Shown here piece by piece: positions 9,729-18,873 of a stretch of 64,000 nt of DNA. The stretch spans positions 1 to 64,000 of the IMG/VR virus record IMGVR_UViG_3300032562_000004; one strand, 5' to 3'. Position numbers and translations under genes: made by a program. Below the pieces are notes generated by a model. That model saw only the letters and a program-made list of their open reading frames with translations. It had not been told where the DNA came from and made no database searches. Position 1 is the stretch's first letter. Each line of letters starts with the position of its first letter.

Positions 9729-9828
9729 AATACTCCTTTAATCAATTTAGATAATGACCTCTTAACCTTATAAGAGAATCCAATAATGAAATACTTAACT
9801 AACTGAAAATTGCTCATATAATACCTTT

Positions 9829-10269
9829 TTATAATAAACCACTAATAATACTGCCTGCTGAATTATTCATAATGCTACGATATAATTCACCTTTAATTCT
9901 TTTTACCAATTCCGAACGATTATTCCATGACCTCATAAAGGATAATGGTGATGCATCATGATTATTACCATAATAAATCCATTCTCTACCATGATTATAG
10001 TTTACTTTATATTCTTTACCTTTTAAGTTAATTATAGTGGGATTAAATAAACTCTTAATATCTGCCTCCACTTTAGTAACCATTGGAATATATTCAGAAT
10101 GGATTATAGTATAATCTAATGGTGTAGATTGACTTAATCCCGCCATTCTATTATTCGGTGTCTTTTTAGTAATACCGATTTTAATCCAACCTGGCATACT
10201 CTTATTAAAAGCAATATAAAAATAACCATTATTCCTTTTAGATAATAGATTATGCTTTGAATTTCTCAT
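9829..10269 (-). CDS. T5orf172-type GIY-YIG domain protein
   Basis: GYFYIAFNKSMPGWIKIGITKKTPNNRM...E...GREW. Confidence 0.75.
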   Translation of the reverse strand: MRNSKHNLLSKRNNGYFYIAFNKSMPGWIKIGITKKTPNNRMAGLSQSTPLDYTIIHSEYIPMVTKVEADIKSLFNPTIINLKGKEYKVNYNHGREWIYYGNNHDASPLSFMRSWNNRSELVKRIKGELYRSIMNNSAGSIISGLL

Positions 10270-10414
10270 AATCAATGACCACAAGCAGATAGAAAACGGT
10301 TAATATCAAATAACCGATTATCATTTTTAAACTGAACCGCCATATCAGAACATAATTGAAATGGTGCTTTATTCTCAAATAATACTCTTGCCAACATAAT
10401 ATAATGCTTTTTAC

Positions 10415-10717
10415 TCATAATCTCTCCGTATCAAATAATTTACTTTTAATAACTCTATAATACTGACCATTCATCCATACCATTTTCTCATATGATAATG
10501 CACGGATAATAGTCCTTATTGACCTATTGTATATCTGAATAATACGAGAACCAGATATACCATAATCTTTACCTAAATCTTTATTAGTACCATTATCAAG
10601 AATATAGTGCAATACAATACTATAATCTCTCTCAGATAATACTTCCTGAGCTATATCTAATACCTCATGGCATAATACGATATTATCCAAATCGTTATCT
10701 TCCACTATATTGCTCAT
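10415..10717 (-). CDS. sigma70 region-4-like HTH protein
   Basis: LSERDYSIVL...TNKDLGKDYGISGSRIIQIYNRSIRTI resembles region 4.2. Confidence 0.7.
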   Translation of the reverse strand: MSNIVEDNDLDNIVLCHEVLDIAQEVLSERDYSIVLHYILDNGTNKDLGKDYGISGSRIIQIYNRSIRTIIRALSYEKMVWMNGQYYRVIKSKLFDTERL

Positions 10718-10991
10718 AATGATGCTCCGTATATTACTTTAAAATCTATTCTATATTACTTTTGGTTATATGTCGCTATAATGGTCGGGATATAGGTGCT
10801 CTTGAATGGTCTTAATTTCTATTTCTGATTATCCTAGAGAATCCTAGTTAATCCACAAAGATTTTCCGAGCATATTCACAATATCATAATACCATAATAA
10901 CTAATATAATCAATAACTTAATACTAATAACCACTATGCGTATCAGAATACCACAATGGTTATTATATTACTACTGATTATCTCTATACTA

Positions 10992-11219
10992 TTATGAAGC
11001 TAATCTAGCATTCAATTTAGCCAGTTTATCTTGAGCAGCTTTAATCTGCGCTTCGATTTTTGCCTTCTTTTCTGCTTCTTTATTAGCCTTAATGATTAAC
11101 TTGGTGGATTTACTCATTACTACATCCTGCTTAATGGATTCTCTTAACTCTTTTAATAGAGCACGCTTATCCTTAATAGAAACCATGGAGAGGTCGGTAG
11201 CACAAAATGATTTAAACAT
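10992..11219 (-). CDS. hypothetical basic protein
   Basis: 75-aa ORF with a Lys/Ala-rich tail. Confidence 0.7.
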   Translation of the reverse strand: MFKSFCATDLSMVSIKDKRALLKELRESIKQDVVMSKSTKLIIKANKEAEKKAKIEAQIKAAQDKLAKLNARLAS

Positions 11220-11268
11220 ATAATATTCCTTTTAATAATTGGTAAATGTAAATGGTACAGCTTGATAA

Positions 11269-11613
11269 TTAAGCAAATCTGCGATATAATCTAATACCAG
11301 CTTTTGCGCCTCTTACTGCTTTACTGGTTAATCGGTCGCTTTTAGTGGTAATAATACGACCACCATTATTGAGATAATCCAGAATATCGTGCTGGATGGC
11401 AATATCTTGGATAATACGCTTATTGGTTACTGGTTTATCATATTGCTTACCAGTAAAGGCCTTAGCGATATTATTAGCCACGATATACTCATTATCCATA
11501 ATGGCAGCTTTTTTGGCAGCAGCTTTTTCCTTACGCTTAATAGAGGATATATCCTGATTAACTCGGGATAATAACTGCTTTAATTCAATAATCGATAAAT
11601 TTTTAATATCCAT
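11269..11613 (-). CDS. hypothetical basic protein
   Basis: 114-aa ORF, first after the promoter at 11676-11703. Confidence 0.7.
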   Translation of the reverse strand: MDIKNLSIIELKQLLSRVNQDISSIKRKEKAAAKKAAIMDNEYIVANNIAKAFTGKQYDKPVTNKRIIQDIAIQHDILDYLNNGGRIITTKSDRLTSKAVRGAKAGIRLYRRFA

Positions 11614-11675
11614 ATAATCCTAATAATAATATAATCGATAAAAACACCAAAGCGGTGCGCAGAACCGATTTTATA

Positions 11676-11703
11676 AGTATACAGGAACCATGGAAAAGGT
11701 CAA
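11676..11703 (-). promoter_or_regulatory. sigma70-type promoter
   Basis: TTGACC-N16-TATACT. Confidence 0.6.
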
Positions 11704-11760
11704 GCGGTATTTTTGCGGATGGCAGGTAGGATGATGGTTTTTTGGTGCGTTGCCGGATGA

Positions 11761-11870
11761 GTGTTGTTTTGGAGCAACGACTGTGGCAGATTGGAGAGCA
11801 GCTTTGAGGCGCTCAGAGGTAAAAGTGTTGTTTTGGAGCAACGCCGGAGAGCAGTATGGAAAAAAGCTCA
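11761..11870. repeat. imperfect ~64-bp tandem repeat containing palindrome copies 4 and 5
   Basis: GTGTTGTTTTGGAGCAACG at 11761 and 11825, each followed by GGAGAGCAG and GCTCAG. Confidence 0.8.
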
Positions 11871-11918
11871 GGATAGGTCAAATCAATGATTCAGTAACTC
11901 CTTTTCCAGGAAATTTTT

Positions 11919-12122
11919 TCAGGATCCGACTTTTTTGGATTCTAAATTTTTTTCCTGTTCCCGGTTCTTAATCCAGACTAATGCATCATCCAGATTCATC
12001 CACGGAGAATACTCTTTGGTCTTTTCGTCAGTCCATTGGTATTCGTGTGATTCTCCGATCCACCAGTTATTCGCTGAGTGGTCCCATCGAGCAGAAGGGT
12101 TACTTTGTTTCTTTAATATCAC
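11919..12122 (-). CDS. hypothetical Trp-rich protein
   Basis: 67-aa ORF. Confidence 0.55.
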   Translation of the reverse strand: MILKKQSNPSARWDHSANNWWIGESHEYQWTDEKTKEYSPWMNLDDALVWIKNREQEKNLESKKVGS

Positions 12123-12297
12123 AGTTACACTCTAAGCGGCCTTGATTACAGTCACCATTACATCCTTTAGATGGTTTAGGAAACTGGCAAGGAGCATCAT
12201 AGTTACCAGTAAGGCATCGTTGGTCACAGGTAACTCTAATAGAAAACCACTTATCGATTAATCGTACCCACCAGGAATTAGGTCTACAGTTCTTCAT
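12100..12297 (-). CDS. hypothetical Cys-rich protein
   Basis: CNGDCNQGRLECNC motif. Confidence 0.6.
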   Translation of the reverse strand: MKNCRPNSWWVRLIDKWFSIRVTCDQRCLTGNYDAPCQFPKPSKGCNGDCNQGRLECNCDIKETK

Positions 12298-12722
12298 TAT
12301 TTTTTCCAGTTAAATCCTAATAGTTTGTATAATAGCTTACTGTACCATTTCGGTTCGTTCTCTAGTACTACGGAGATTCCACCAATGTTGAGTTGGCCAA
12401 CTGAATTTTGAGGATGAACAGAAAGTGTAGGAGAAATGTTTGTGGACCAGGTACCTAGAACTACTTTAAATTCGTGTATAGAACCTTGAATCGGCATAGA
12501 ATGTACTCCAGCGATTCCTTGAGCTCTATAGTGAAGGTGTGTCGGACCATAATCTAAATCTAATTCGGTTTGCTCAGTTAGTGGCCAGAACCAAACGATA
12601 TCGGCCTGATTGTTCCAATCTTTTCGTATTGCGTCTACCCATTTTTTACCCCAGCGTTCTTCCCAAGTCGGCTCAGAGGGTTTTTCGAATTGTATTCTAT
12701 CTTCTGTGGTGAACGTGGTCAT
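12297..12722 (-). CDS. hypothetical protein
   Basis: MTTFTTEDR start, 141 aa. Confidence 0.7.
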   Translation of the reverse strand: MTTFTTEDRIQFEKPSEPTWEERWGKKWVDAIRKDWNNQADIVWFWPLTEQTELDLDYGPTHLHYRAQGIAGVHSMPIQGSIHEFKVVLGTWSTNISPTLSVHPQNSVGQLNIGGISVVLENEPKWYSKLLYKLLGFNWKK

Positions 12723-12811
12723 TGTAATATTCCTGAAATATATTTCTTAACTATATAAGTATAAACACTAATACCATTAGTGCAACTCTAAAACTTCTCA
12801 AAAGGAAAATC

Positions 12812-12967
12812 ATGAACTTCTTAAAACAAATTTCGGACGCTTTGAAGTCCTTCTTTAATACTTATGGTCCTATGACTTTAGACGAGTATATCTCTCTAAA
12901 GCGTCCTCAGAATAATGCCGACTTGGATCGCATTGTTCGTGAGTTTAACGAACTTCGTTACTGGTAA
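12812..12967 (+). CDS. small plus-strand protein (51 aa)
   Basis: AAGGA RBS; MNFLKQISDALKSFFNTYGPMTLDEYISLKRPQNNADLDRIVREFNELRYW; late-like TATAAGTA at 12754-12761. Confidence 0.7.
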   Translation: MNFLKQISDALKSFFNTYGPMTLDEYISLKRPQNNADLDRIVREFNELRYW

Positions 12968-13023
12968 GCCCCGGAAGCGAAGCCCCGGAAGCGCTTGAAA
13001 AACTTCTTGTTCTTTGAGCGCTT
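12966..13023. terminator. 14-bp tandem repeat and hairpin between convergent genes
   Basis: AAGCCCCGGAAGCG twice, then AAGCGCTTGAAAAAC...GTTCTTTGAGCGCTT stem. Confidence 0.55.
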
Positions 13024-13243
13024 ATAATGATTGTTGTTCGGTTAGGCCACGCCACTCGATAATTTTAAGTTTCGTTCCGCCAATATCATCCTCTGGCCCA
13101 AAATATTCCCGCCATTCGGTGCCGTTCCAATATGCTTTATGTGGAAACGGCCACGACCTTACTTTGACCTCGTAGATACCTTCGTAAACTGGTTTGATTT
13201 CTTTACTGAACCAGTCGGTCGTTTCGTATTGAACTTCTGACAT
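13022..13243 (-). CDS. hypothetical protein
   Basis: MSEVQYETTDWF...PVYEGIYEV...WRGL. Confidence 0.7.
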   Translation of the reverse strand: MSEVQYETTDWFSKEIKPVYEGIYEVKVRSWPFPHKAYWNGTEWREYFGPEDDIGGTKLKIIEWRGLTEQQSL

Positions 13244-13244
13244 A

Positions 13245-13547
13245 TTACTCGCCTTCGAACACCAGAACCAAATCTTCTTCGTCAACAATCCAATATTCAA
13301 TATTCTCATATTTTACTTTCTTTGCTTTTTGCCAGTTAGGTAGAATCACCTGACCAACTTCAACAATCGTAACATCAGGACCAATTGCAACGATTTTACC
13401 ACGGGAAGCTTCTTCTCTATCAGCAGAAGCTAAAACAATACCACCTTTAGATACTGTATCTTTTTTAACTGCTTCAAGGATAATATTTGCTCTGATTGGT
13501 TTGATACCGATACCAGCTGGTGTTGCTTTAGATTTTTTGGTTGCCAT
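13245..13547 (-). CDS. groES: GroES-like co-chaperonin
   Basis: IKPIRANIIL...SKGGIVL...GKIVAIGP...VGQVIL. Confidence 0.85.
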   Translation of the reverse strand: MATKKSKATPAGIGIKPIRANIILEAVKKDTVSKGGIVLASADREEASRGKIVAIGPDVTIVEVGQVILPNWQKAKKVKYENIEYWIVDEEDLVLVFEGE

Positions 13548-13758
13548 AAATTTTCTTTCTACATTCTTCAATTACTTTGGTGGGAACATCGGGGTGCCAA
13601 CCACCGATTAACATATCACAATTATACTTGATAGGCGTTATCTTGGCAACGATTTTATGGTAATCATCATCAGAAACGAAACCATAGACCACAAAGAATG
13701 CCAGTATTGTGGCAAACATTTTGATTGTGGTTATAGTATCATACCTATCTTTAAACAT
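13528..13758 (-). CDS. hypothetical membrane-anchored protein
   Basis: N-terminal TM; YNCDMLIGGWHPDVP. Confidence 0.65.
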   Translation of the reverse strand: MFKDRYDTITTIKMFATILAFFVVYGFVSDDDYHKIVAKITPIKYNCDMLIGGWHPDVPTKVIEECRKKIYGNQKI

Positions 13759-14557
13759 TTATTTTAAGCATTTCTTCATAAGAATAATTTTGTATCATAT
13801 ACTTGGACGGTTTCTCTAGATAACAAGCTTCTAGGTCACCAGGTCGTCTTGGTAGAACATTCACTTTAAATTTCTTATTGTTTACTTTCTTGTAAATCTC
13901 AATAATTTCTTTGACTGTTCTGGTATCACCATAAGCAAGGTTTTCAATATCTCTGGAAGGTTCATCGATTGCTTTAATAATGGCAGAACAAATATCATTC
14001 ACATGGACATATTCACGAACACATGTTCCATCTTTGGTGTTGTAATCATCTCCATACAGATTAAATCCATCTTTACTGGCCTTCACTAGATTCAATAAAA
14101 TGCCTTCTGGATTGGTTGGAGGAAATCCGTCTGTACCAATTACATTATAGAATCGGAAGATAGTATAATCGTAAGCCTTCTCTTTTACAATATCTTCGGC
14201 AACACGTTTAGAGAATCCATAAGGAGAATCTGGATTAGATGCGGCGCCCGTAGAGGCAAAGATGAAATTGTGGTGTCTTACTTTTTCTAAAAGATTGATT
14301 GTACCACCAACATTCGTTTCATAATAATCGGTAGGATTTTTAACAGATTCACCAACACGAACCAAAGCAGCCAAATGAATTACGGTATGAAATTCCATAT
14401 CACAAGTAAACATATTACGGATATCTAAATTTTCCATACCTGTGCCGGCAATATCAAAACCGTACAAATCAATATCAGGTCTAGTTTCAAAAATCATTTG
14501 CCATAGATGGCGACCAATGTAACCTTTATGACCTGTAATCAATACTCTTTTTTTCAT
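13751..14557 (-). CDS. galE: NAD-dependent epimerase (UDP-glucose 4-epimerase-like)
   Basis: TGHKGYIG, HLAA, YGFSK, FRFYNV, GTCVREYVHV, RRPGD. Confidence 0.85.
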   Translation of the reverse strand: MKKRVLITGHKGYIGRHLWQMIFETRPDIDLYGFDIAGTGMENLDIRNMFTCDMEFHTVIHLAALVRVGESVKNPTDYYETNVGGTINLLEKVRHHNFIFASTGAASNPDSPYGFSKRVAEDIVKEKAYDYTIFRFYNVIGTDGFPPTNPEGILLNLVKASKDGFNLYGDDYNTKDGTCVREYVHVNDICSAIIKAIDEPSRDIENLAYGDTRTVKEIIEIYKKVNNKKFKVNVLPRRPGDLEACYLEKPSKYMIQNYSYEEMLKINV

Positions 14558-14724
14558 TTTGTTTTCTTTTTCTTACATTCACACCAAGATTCTTTTTTAC
14601 CACAAACATTGCAGTAACCTTTTAGAATTGGTCTATCACCAAAAATTGTATTCCACTTCTCTGCAAATTCTTCCTTTGGAATCACAAAAGGTCTTGGAGA
14701 ACTTCCTTTTCCACCGTCACTCAT
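14554..14724 (-). CDS. hypothetical protein (56 aa)
   Basis: MSDGGKGSSPRPF...CNVCGKKESWCEC read by hand; ATGA overlap. Confidence 0.65.
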   Translation of the reverse strand: MSDGGKGSSPRPFVIPKEEFAEKWNTIFGDRPILKGYCNVCGKKESWCECKKKKTK

Positions 14725-14835
14725 TATCTTCCTAACTGTTGTTTTAATTGGTCCATGATTTGTTTCACTTCATTTCTCATATAATTATTTTTTGGCAACC
14801 AAACATATATTCGATTTAATAATTGTAGTAATTGC

Positions 14836-15102
14836 TCAGGGTTCATTATTATCTTTTAAGAATTTAATTACTGGTAATTTGTTTGCTACCAACACATAAG
14901 CTTCTTTTAATGTTGGTGTAATAACTTTGCAATGAAATATACCATCTTTAATCATGATATCGAAAGGTGCTAATCCGACAAAGCTTTCATCAACAATACA
15001 ACGAATATGCCAAGATTTGGCAGTCTTGCATCTTTTAATTAAATCATCATAGATTTTTTTAGGATCAAAGGGATCAAATAAAGCAACTTCAGACATTTTC
15101 AT
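14836..15102 (-). CDS. hypothetical protein
   Basis: 88-aa ORF. Confidence 0.65.
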   Translation of the reverse strand: MKMSEVALFDPFDPKKIYDDLIKRCKTAKSWHIRCIVDESFVGLAPFDIMIKDGIFHCKVITPTLKEAYVLVANKLPVIKFLKDNNEP

Positions 15103-15292
15103 TCAATAAACTAGGACCATTATTACTTTCACTCAAGGTAAAACTTTCAGCAAGTTGTTCCGCTTTACTAAAGTCAGATACAACTTCTTTATTAATGATT
15201 CTACCTTTTAGGTAATAATTAACGGTATATGAAAAATCTTTTCTTTCGACAATAGCTTTTTTATCACCATTGGTAAACTTAGACAGTTCCAT
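15089..15292 (-). CDS. hypothetical protein
   Basis: MELSKF start; similar to the upstream neighbour. Confidence 0.65.
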   Translation of the reverse strand: MELSKFTNGDKKAIVERKDFSYTVNYYLKGRIINKEVVSDFSKAEQLAESFTLSESNNGPSLLNENV

Positions 15293-15494
15293 GAATTTCT
15301 CCCCATACAAATTGTTCAGCATAAGATTGTGCTTCGGATTCTTCTTTAAAGAATTTGGTTTCCATTAATACTAGACCATCATCGTCAGCACAATCAACTT
15401 CAAACATATCAAATATATTTCTCCAAATAATAGTGGCAGTTTTTCTACCACTATTACCTACAAAAGTAACGATTCGTTTTTCGCCATCCATCAT
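15279..15494 (-). CDS. hypothetical protein
   Basis: 71-aa ORF; ends AQSYAEQFV like its neighbour. Confidence 0.65.
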   Translation of the reverse strand: MMDGEKRIVTFVGNSGRKTATIIWRNIFDMFEVDCADDDGLVLMETKFFKEESEAQSYAEQFVWGEIHGTV

Positions 15495-17620
15495 GATATC
15501 ATTCCTACAAAACGATTTAATACAACACGGTTATTCAAACGATTACCTGCATATTTACTGAAAGCAGAAACCAAACCACGAGTAGTTGCATTTTCTTTAA
15601 CAGTAAATTCTACATCATCATCAGTATCTAGGCCTTCTGCACGGAGAAGATAATACTCATCGTAACCAGCAGATGTAACAACCATAGATTTGTTTTTACG
15701 AAATTCATATTTAATTTTATCGTGTAGGTTGTAAGAAAGATTAGGATAGAACCAATGTAATTCACGACCAAGTTCACGACCACTTAAAACATAAAAACCA
15801 ACAATGTTACATTCTGTACGAGCCTTCAACATTTTAATATATTGAGCAGTTAATTCACGACCATGTGGATTATCTACTTTAACTTCAGATTTAGTTTTAG
15901 GATCACGAATCACCATTTTCTTATGTTTACCATAAACATATTCACTACTTGTACCTGAAGTTTTATAACCATCAGCATTAGTATAATATACATCACGCAA
16001 AGTATGGCCATCACCATCGGTTAAGAATACAGTATTTACAATCTGTAATTTATATTGTTTCTGAAATTCAGGAACAATTTTCATGGCAGAAATAACTGTT
16101 TCATTTAATGGTGTACCACCCATTTGGAACCAATATGGTTTGAATGAACGATGGTGTGATAAGCTTACCAAAGCAGCACCAGCATAAGAAAATTCAGAAG
16201 CAGACATTTTGCTCGATAATAAATTCAACAATTTAAAATTGCGCAAAACAATATCGCCTTCTTTAAATTCACCAGAATAACAATCGTTATGTTCAGATGT
16301 AAAAGCATAAACATCATAAGGAATGTTTACCTTCTTACAGAACATTACTAAGTTAATTAACTGCTTGATTGTATTCTCTAAATGGTTGTGCATACTACCT
16401 GACCAGTCTAAGAACATTACAAGACCGTGAGATTTACCATTAGGCAATACGGTAATTTTCTTAAACAAATCTTCAGCAAACTGGTATGAATAGATTTTGC
16501 TCATATTCAATTCACCAGTTTTAGCAATAGATGCACGTTTCAATTGGTCGGCATTTTTACGCAACTCAAATTCTTTGGCCAAATAACCAACAACTTTCTT
16601 GGCATCATTACGGAGTTTTTGAAATCCTTCTTTATCCTGACCTGTAGGACGATAATATCTATCGTTTTCAAATTTAATTAATTCTGCACGATAATCATTC
16701 CACAATTTTTTATGTGTAACAATGGCTTTATTTAAATCAATATCAGGAATATTTCCATAATATAGAATATCACTAGAGGTATCAAATAATTTACTTTCAT
16801 TCTTACGATAGTTTTCATCGGTGAAAGATTTTATTTGATCTTTCGAATCGAATTCAGGATTATTACCACCAGCACGGGTTGCCTCGGCATTTATATCTTC
16901 CGTTTCTTCACCGTCATCAGAATCTTCTGTATCGGAATTAGATTCACGGGTTTCGGTCTCATCGTCCCATTCATCAGAATCATCATATCCTTCGGAATCA
17001 AAGCTTTCATAATCACCATCTTCATCTTCTTCAAACATTTCGGGATTATTCTTCTTGCGTTCTTCGGCTTCATGCTTCATGAAGTCCATTACTAAACGAG
17101 CAACTTCAATTACATCTTCATAAGTTTCGGTATTTTCGATACGATTGACCAAGTATTGCTCAGCATCATTAAATTTAATTCCTTGTGTTGCACCACCTTT
17201 AGTGTAAAGGTTAACACGGTCAATAAAATTCAATTCATTCAAATCAACGTCTTTAGTACCAAAGAAATCTTTTTCAATCAATTCTTTGTACGCACGAATA
17301 AACGAGGAACGAATTCCTGGATATTTGTTTTTGATTTTACGCTCAATACGAGAATCTTCCAATACGTTCATAATGGACATTGGAAGTTTTTCTTCATGTG
17401 CTTGAATCAAACCATCTAGAGGAGTATAAAGTGCATGGCCGACCTCATGACCCATAAACAAGTCATAGAGATAGCCAGAGATATTTTTATCTAAAATGGG
17501 TACAGTTAATACACGTTGTTTAACATCAAAAGATGCAGTTTGCACATTTCTTTGCTCAATAGTGAGATTTTCTGTTGCCATTAACTTGGCAAGTAACGAT
17601 TTTGACTGAATGAGTTCCAT
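15491..17620 (-). CDS. metallopeptidase-VWA protein (CobT-like, T4-like phages)
   Basis: HEVGH zincin motif, acidic linker, MIDAS DWSGS, GGTPL, FLTDGD. Confidence 0.85.
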   Translation of the reverse strand: MELIQSKSLLAKLMATENLTIEQRNVQTASFDVKQRVLTVPILDKNISGYLYDLFMGHEVGHALYTPLDGLIQAHEEKLPMSIMNVLEDSRIERKIKNKYPGIRSSFIRAYKELIEKDFFGTKDVDLNELNFIDRVNLYTKGGATQGIKFNDAEQYLVNRIENTETYEDVIEVARLVMDFMKHEAEERKKNNPEMFEEDEDGDYESFDSEGYDDSDEWDDETETRESNSDTEDSDDGEETEDINAEATRAGGNNPEFDSKDQIKSFTDENYRKNESKLFDTSSDILYYGNIPDIDLNKAIVTHKKLWNDYRAELIKFENDRYYRPTGQDKEGFQKLRNDAKKVVGYLAKEFELRKNADQLKRASIAKTGELNMSKIYSYQFAEDLFKKITVLPNGKSHGLVMFLDWSGSMHNHLENTIKQLINLVMFCKKVNIPYDVYAFTSEHNDCYSGEFKEGDIVLRNFKLLNLLSSKMSASEFSYAGAALVSLSHHRSFKPYWFQMGGTPLNETVISAMKIVPEFQKQYKLQIVNTVFLTDGDGHTLRDVYYTNADGYKTSGTSSEYVYGKHKKMVIRDPKTKSEVKVDNPHGRELTAQYIKMLKARTECNIVGFYVLSGRELGRELHWFYPNLSYNLHDKIKYEFRKNKSMVVTSAGYDEYYLLRAEGLDTDDDVEFTVKENATTRGLVSAFSKYAGNRLNNRVVLNRFVGMIS

Positions 17621-17642
17621 GAATTCTCCGATTTAAAAGACC

Positions 17643-17705
17643 ATTATACTCTAATTATCGCTTACCGTCAAATGTTTTCTGAAAATGCGTTGTTTTTTAG
17701 CAACA
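17643..17705 (-). promoter_or_regulatory. promoter plus palindrome copy 6
   Basis: TTGACG-N17-TATAAT; CGTTG-ttttttag-CAACA at 17688-17705. Confidence 0.7.
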
Positions 17706-17708
17706 CCA

Positions 17709-17873
17709 TCAATCTTGATAAATTACCTTGCGTTTTTGGTAGTCGGAAAGGTCTTTTTCCATGCCGGATAACGTTGCCCATTTTCGGATTACGATATCCA
17801 ACTTTTTCCAATAAGGAATTTCTTCATCATCCGCTTTTGCATCGAGCCAAATGTAGTGTCCGTTGTTACTCAT
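17709..17873 (-). CDS. hypothetical protein
   Basis: MSNNGH start, 54 aa. Confidence 0.55.
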   Translation of the reverse strand: MSNNGHYIWLDAKADDEEIPYWKKLDIVIRKWATLSGMEKDLSDYQKRKVIYQD

Positions 17874-18054
17874 GTTTATTTCCTTCGTTTTTTTCAAAAA
17901 AATTCTGCTCAATTGCAGATGCCAAGCGATCCGCAAGCTTTGGATCGAACTTTACTAAAAAATACGCAACATCTTCTGTTGGTACATGACGCAAATTGAA
18001 CATAATTTCATCAATTCCACGCAAAATTTGCGATTCTTCTTGCTGTCTTAGCAT
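17866..18054 (-). CDS. hypothetical protein
   Basis: 62-aa ORF with GAGGA RBS. Confidence 0.65.
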   Translation of the reverse strand: MLRQQEESQILRGIDEIMFNLRHVPTEDVAYFLVKFDPKLADRLASAIEQNFFEKNEGNKHE

Positions 18055-18061
18055 AATTTCC

Positions 18062-18220
18062 TCATTGTAAAGTGTCGGTTTGCACAGAAGTCACTACACT
18101 GCCTCTTTCCTTCGCAATTCCGACTGATTTTAACCATTCAATCTCAATTTGTAACTCTTCCTCTGTCAAGGTTTCCAAATATTCTTCATATTCGGCCCAA
18201 TCTTCTGCTGAAATGCTCAT
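18062..18220 (-). CDS. hypothetical acidic protein (52 aa)
   Basis: MSISAEDWAEYEEYLETL... read by hand. Confidence 0.6.
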   Translation of the reverse strand: MSISAEDWAEYEEYLETLTEEELQIEIEWLKSVGIAKERGSVVTSVQTDTLQ

Positions 18221-18558
18221 CTTCTCATACTCGATATGTCTTTGGCTTCATTATCTGTGAATACCGGCACAGCATTTGATTTATGCATGGTACCGATGCC
18301 TTTAATTTTGTCTCCTGTGTAGGAATTTTGCAATCTTTTTGTGCAAGGAATAAATCCTGTGTCTAAAGATTTAAAGTCAGGGGTTTCCCTGTGGAAAGGT
18401 ACCATCTTTTTCAGAGGTAGTTTAGTTTTAATGACGGGAGAATGTGAATATCTTTTTGAAGATATTTTATTGATAGCCTCTAACCATTGATGCTTTTGCT
18501 CTTGTTGAGCTTTAGTTAGTTTTTTTGGCTTTGATTTGGGAATATAACCGTATATCAT
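18217..18558 (-). CDS. conserved T4-like hypothetical protein
   Basis: YTGDKIKGIGTMHKSNAVPVF...AKDISSMRR motif. Confidence 0.8.
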   Translation of the reverse strand: MIYGYIPKSKPKKLTKAQQEQKHQWLEAINKISSKRYSHSPVIKTKLPLKKMVPFHRETPDFKSLDTGFIPCTKRLQNSYTGDKIKGIGTMHKSNAVPVFTDNEAKDISSMRR

Positions 18559-18586
18559 ATAATCAATTTCTCCATGTGAAGAAACA

Positions 18587-18640
18587 ATTATATAACAGGA
18601 GGTGCTGGATGTCAAGCGCTGGTGTTGTATGGAAGCAACA
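18587..18640 (-). promoter_or_regulatory. promoter plus palindrome copy 7
   Basis: TTGACA-N17-TATAAT; TGTTG-tatggaag-CAACA at 18623-18640. Confidence 0.75.
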
Positions 18641-18684
18641 ATACCTTTATTTCAAAAGCGGACATACCTACTTATAAGAAAAAA

Positions 18685-18864
18685 TTAGAAATTTCTATTT
18701 TCTTCTGGTAAACTTGTATCTTCTAATTCACTTAATAATTCTTCAACAGTTCTATTTTTGAGTTTTTTGATTTCTGCATGCTCATTTTTGCTTCTTTTTG
18801 GTACATAAGCATAATCATCATTATACTCTTTATTCTTGCGGAATTTTGCCACAAATTTTGTCAC
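18685..18864 (-). CDS. hypothetical protein (59 aa, GTG start)
   Basis: GGAG RBS; MTKFVAKFRKNKEYNDDY... Confidence 0.6.
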   Translation of the reverse strand: MTKFVAKFRKNKEYNDDYAYVPKRSKNEHAEIKKLKNRTVEELLSELEDTSLPEENRNF

Positions 18865-18873
18865 TTATTTCTC

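Noticed and set aside
10718-10991. AT-rich gap as a replication origin
   Set aside because: No iterons or clear repeats visible; may hide very short ORFs; AT richness alone is not evidence.
11761-11870. Possible mini-CRISPR array
   Set aside because: Only two repeat copies, the spacers resemble each other, the repeat equals the promoter-associated palindrome, and no cas genes are present.
11750-11971. 73-aa plus-strand ORF across the repeat region
   Set aside because: TTG start without RBS; runs through the operator repeats; no protein features.
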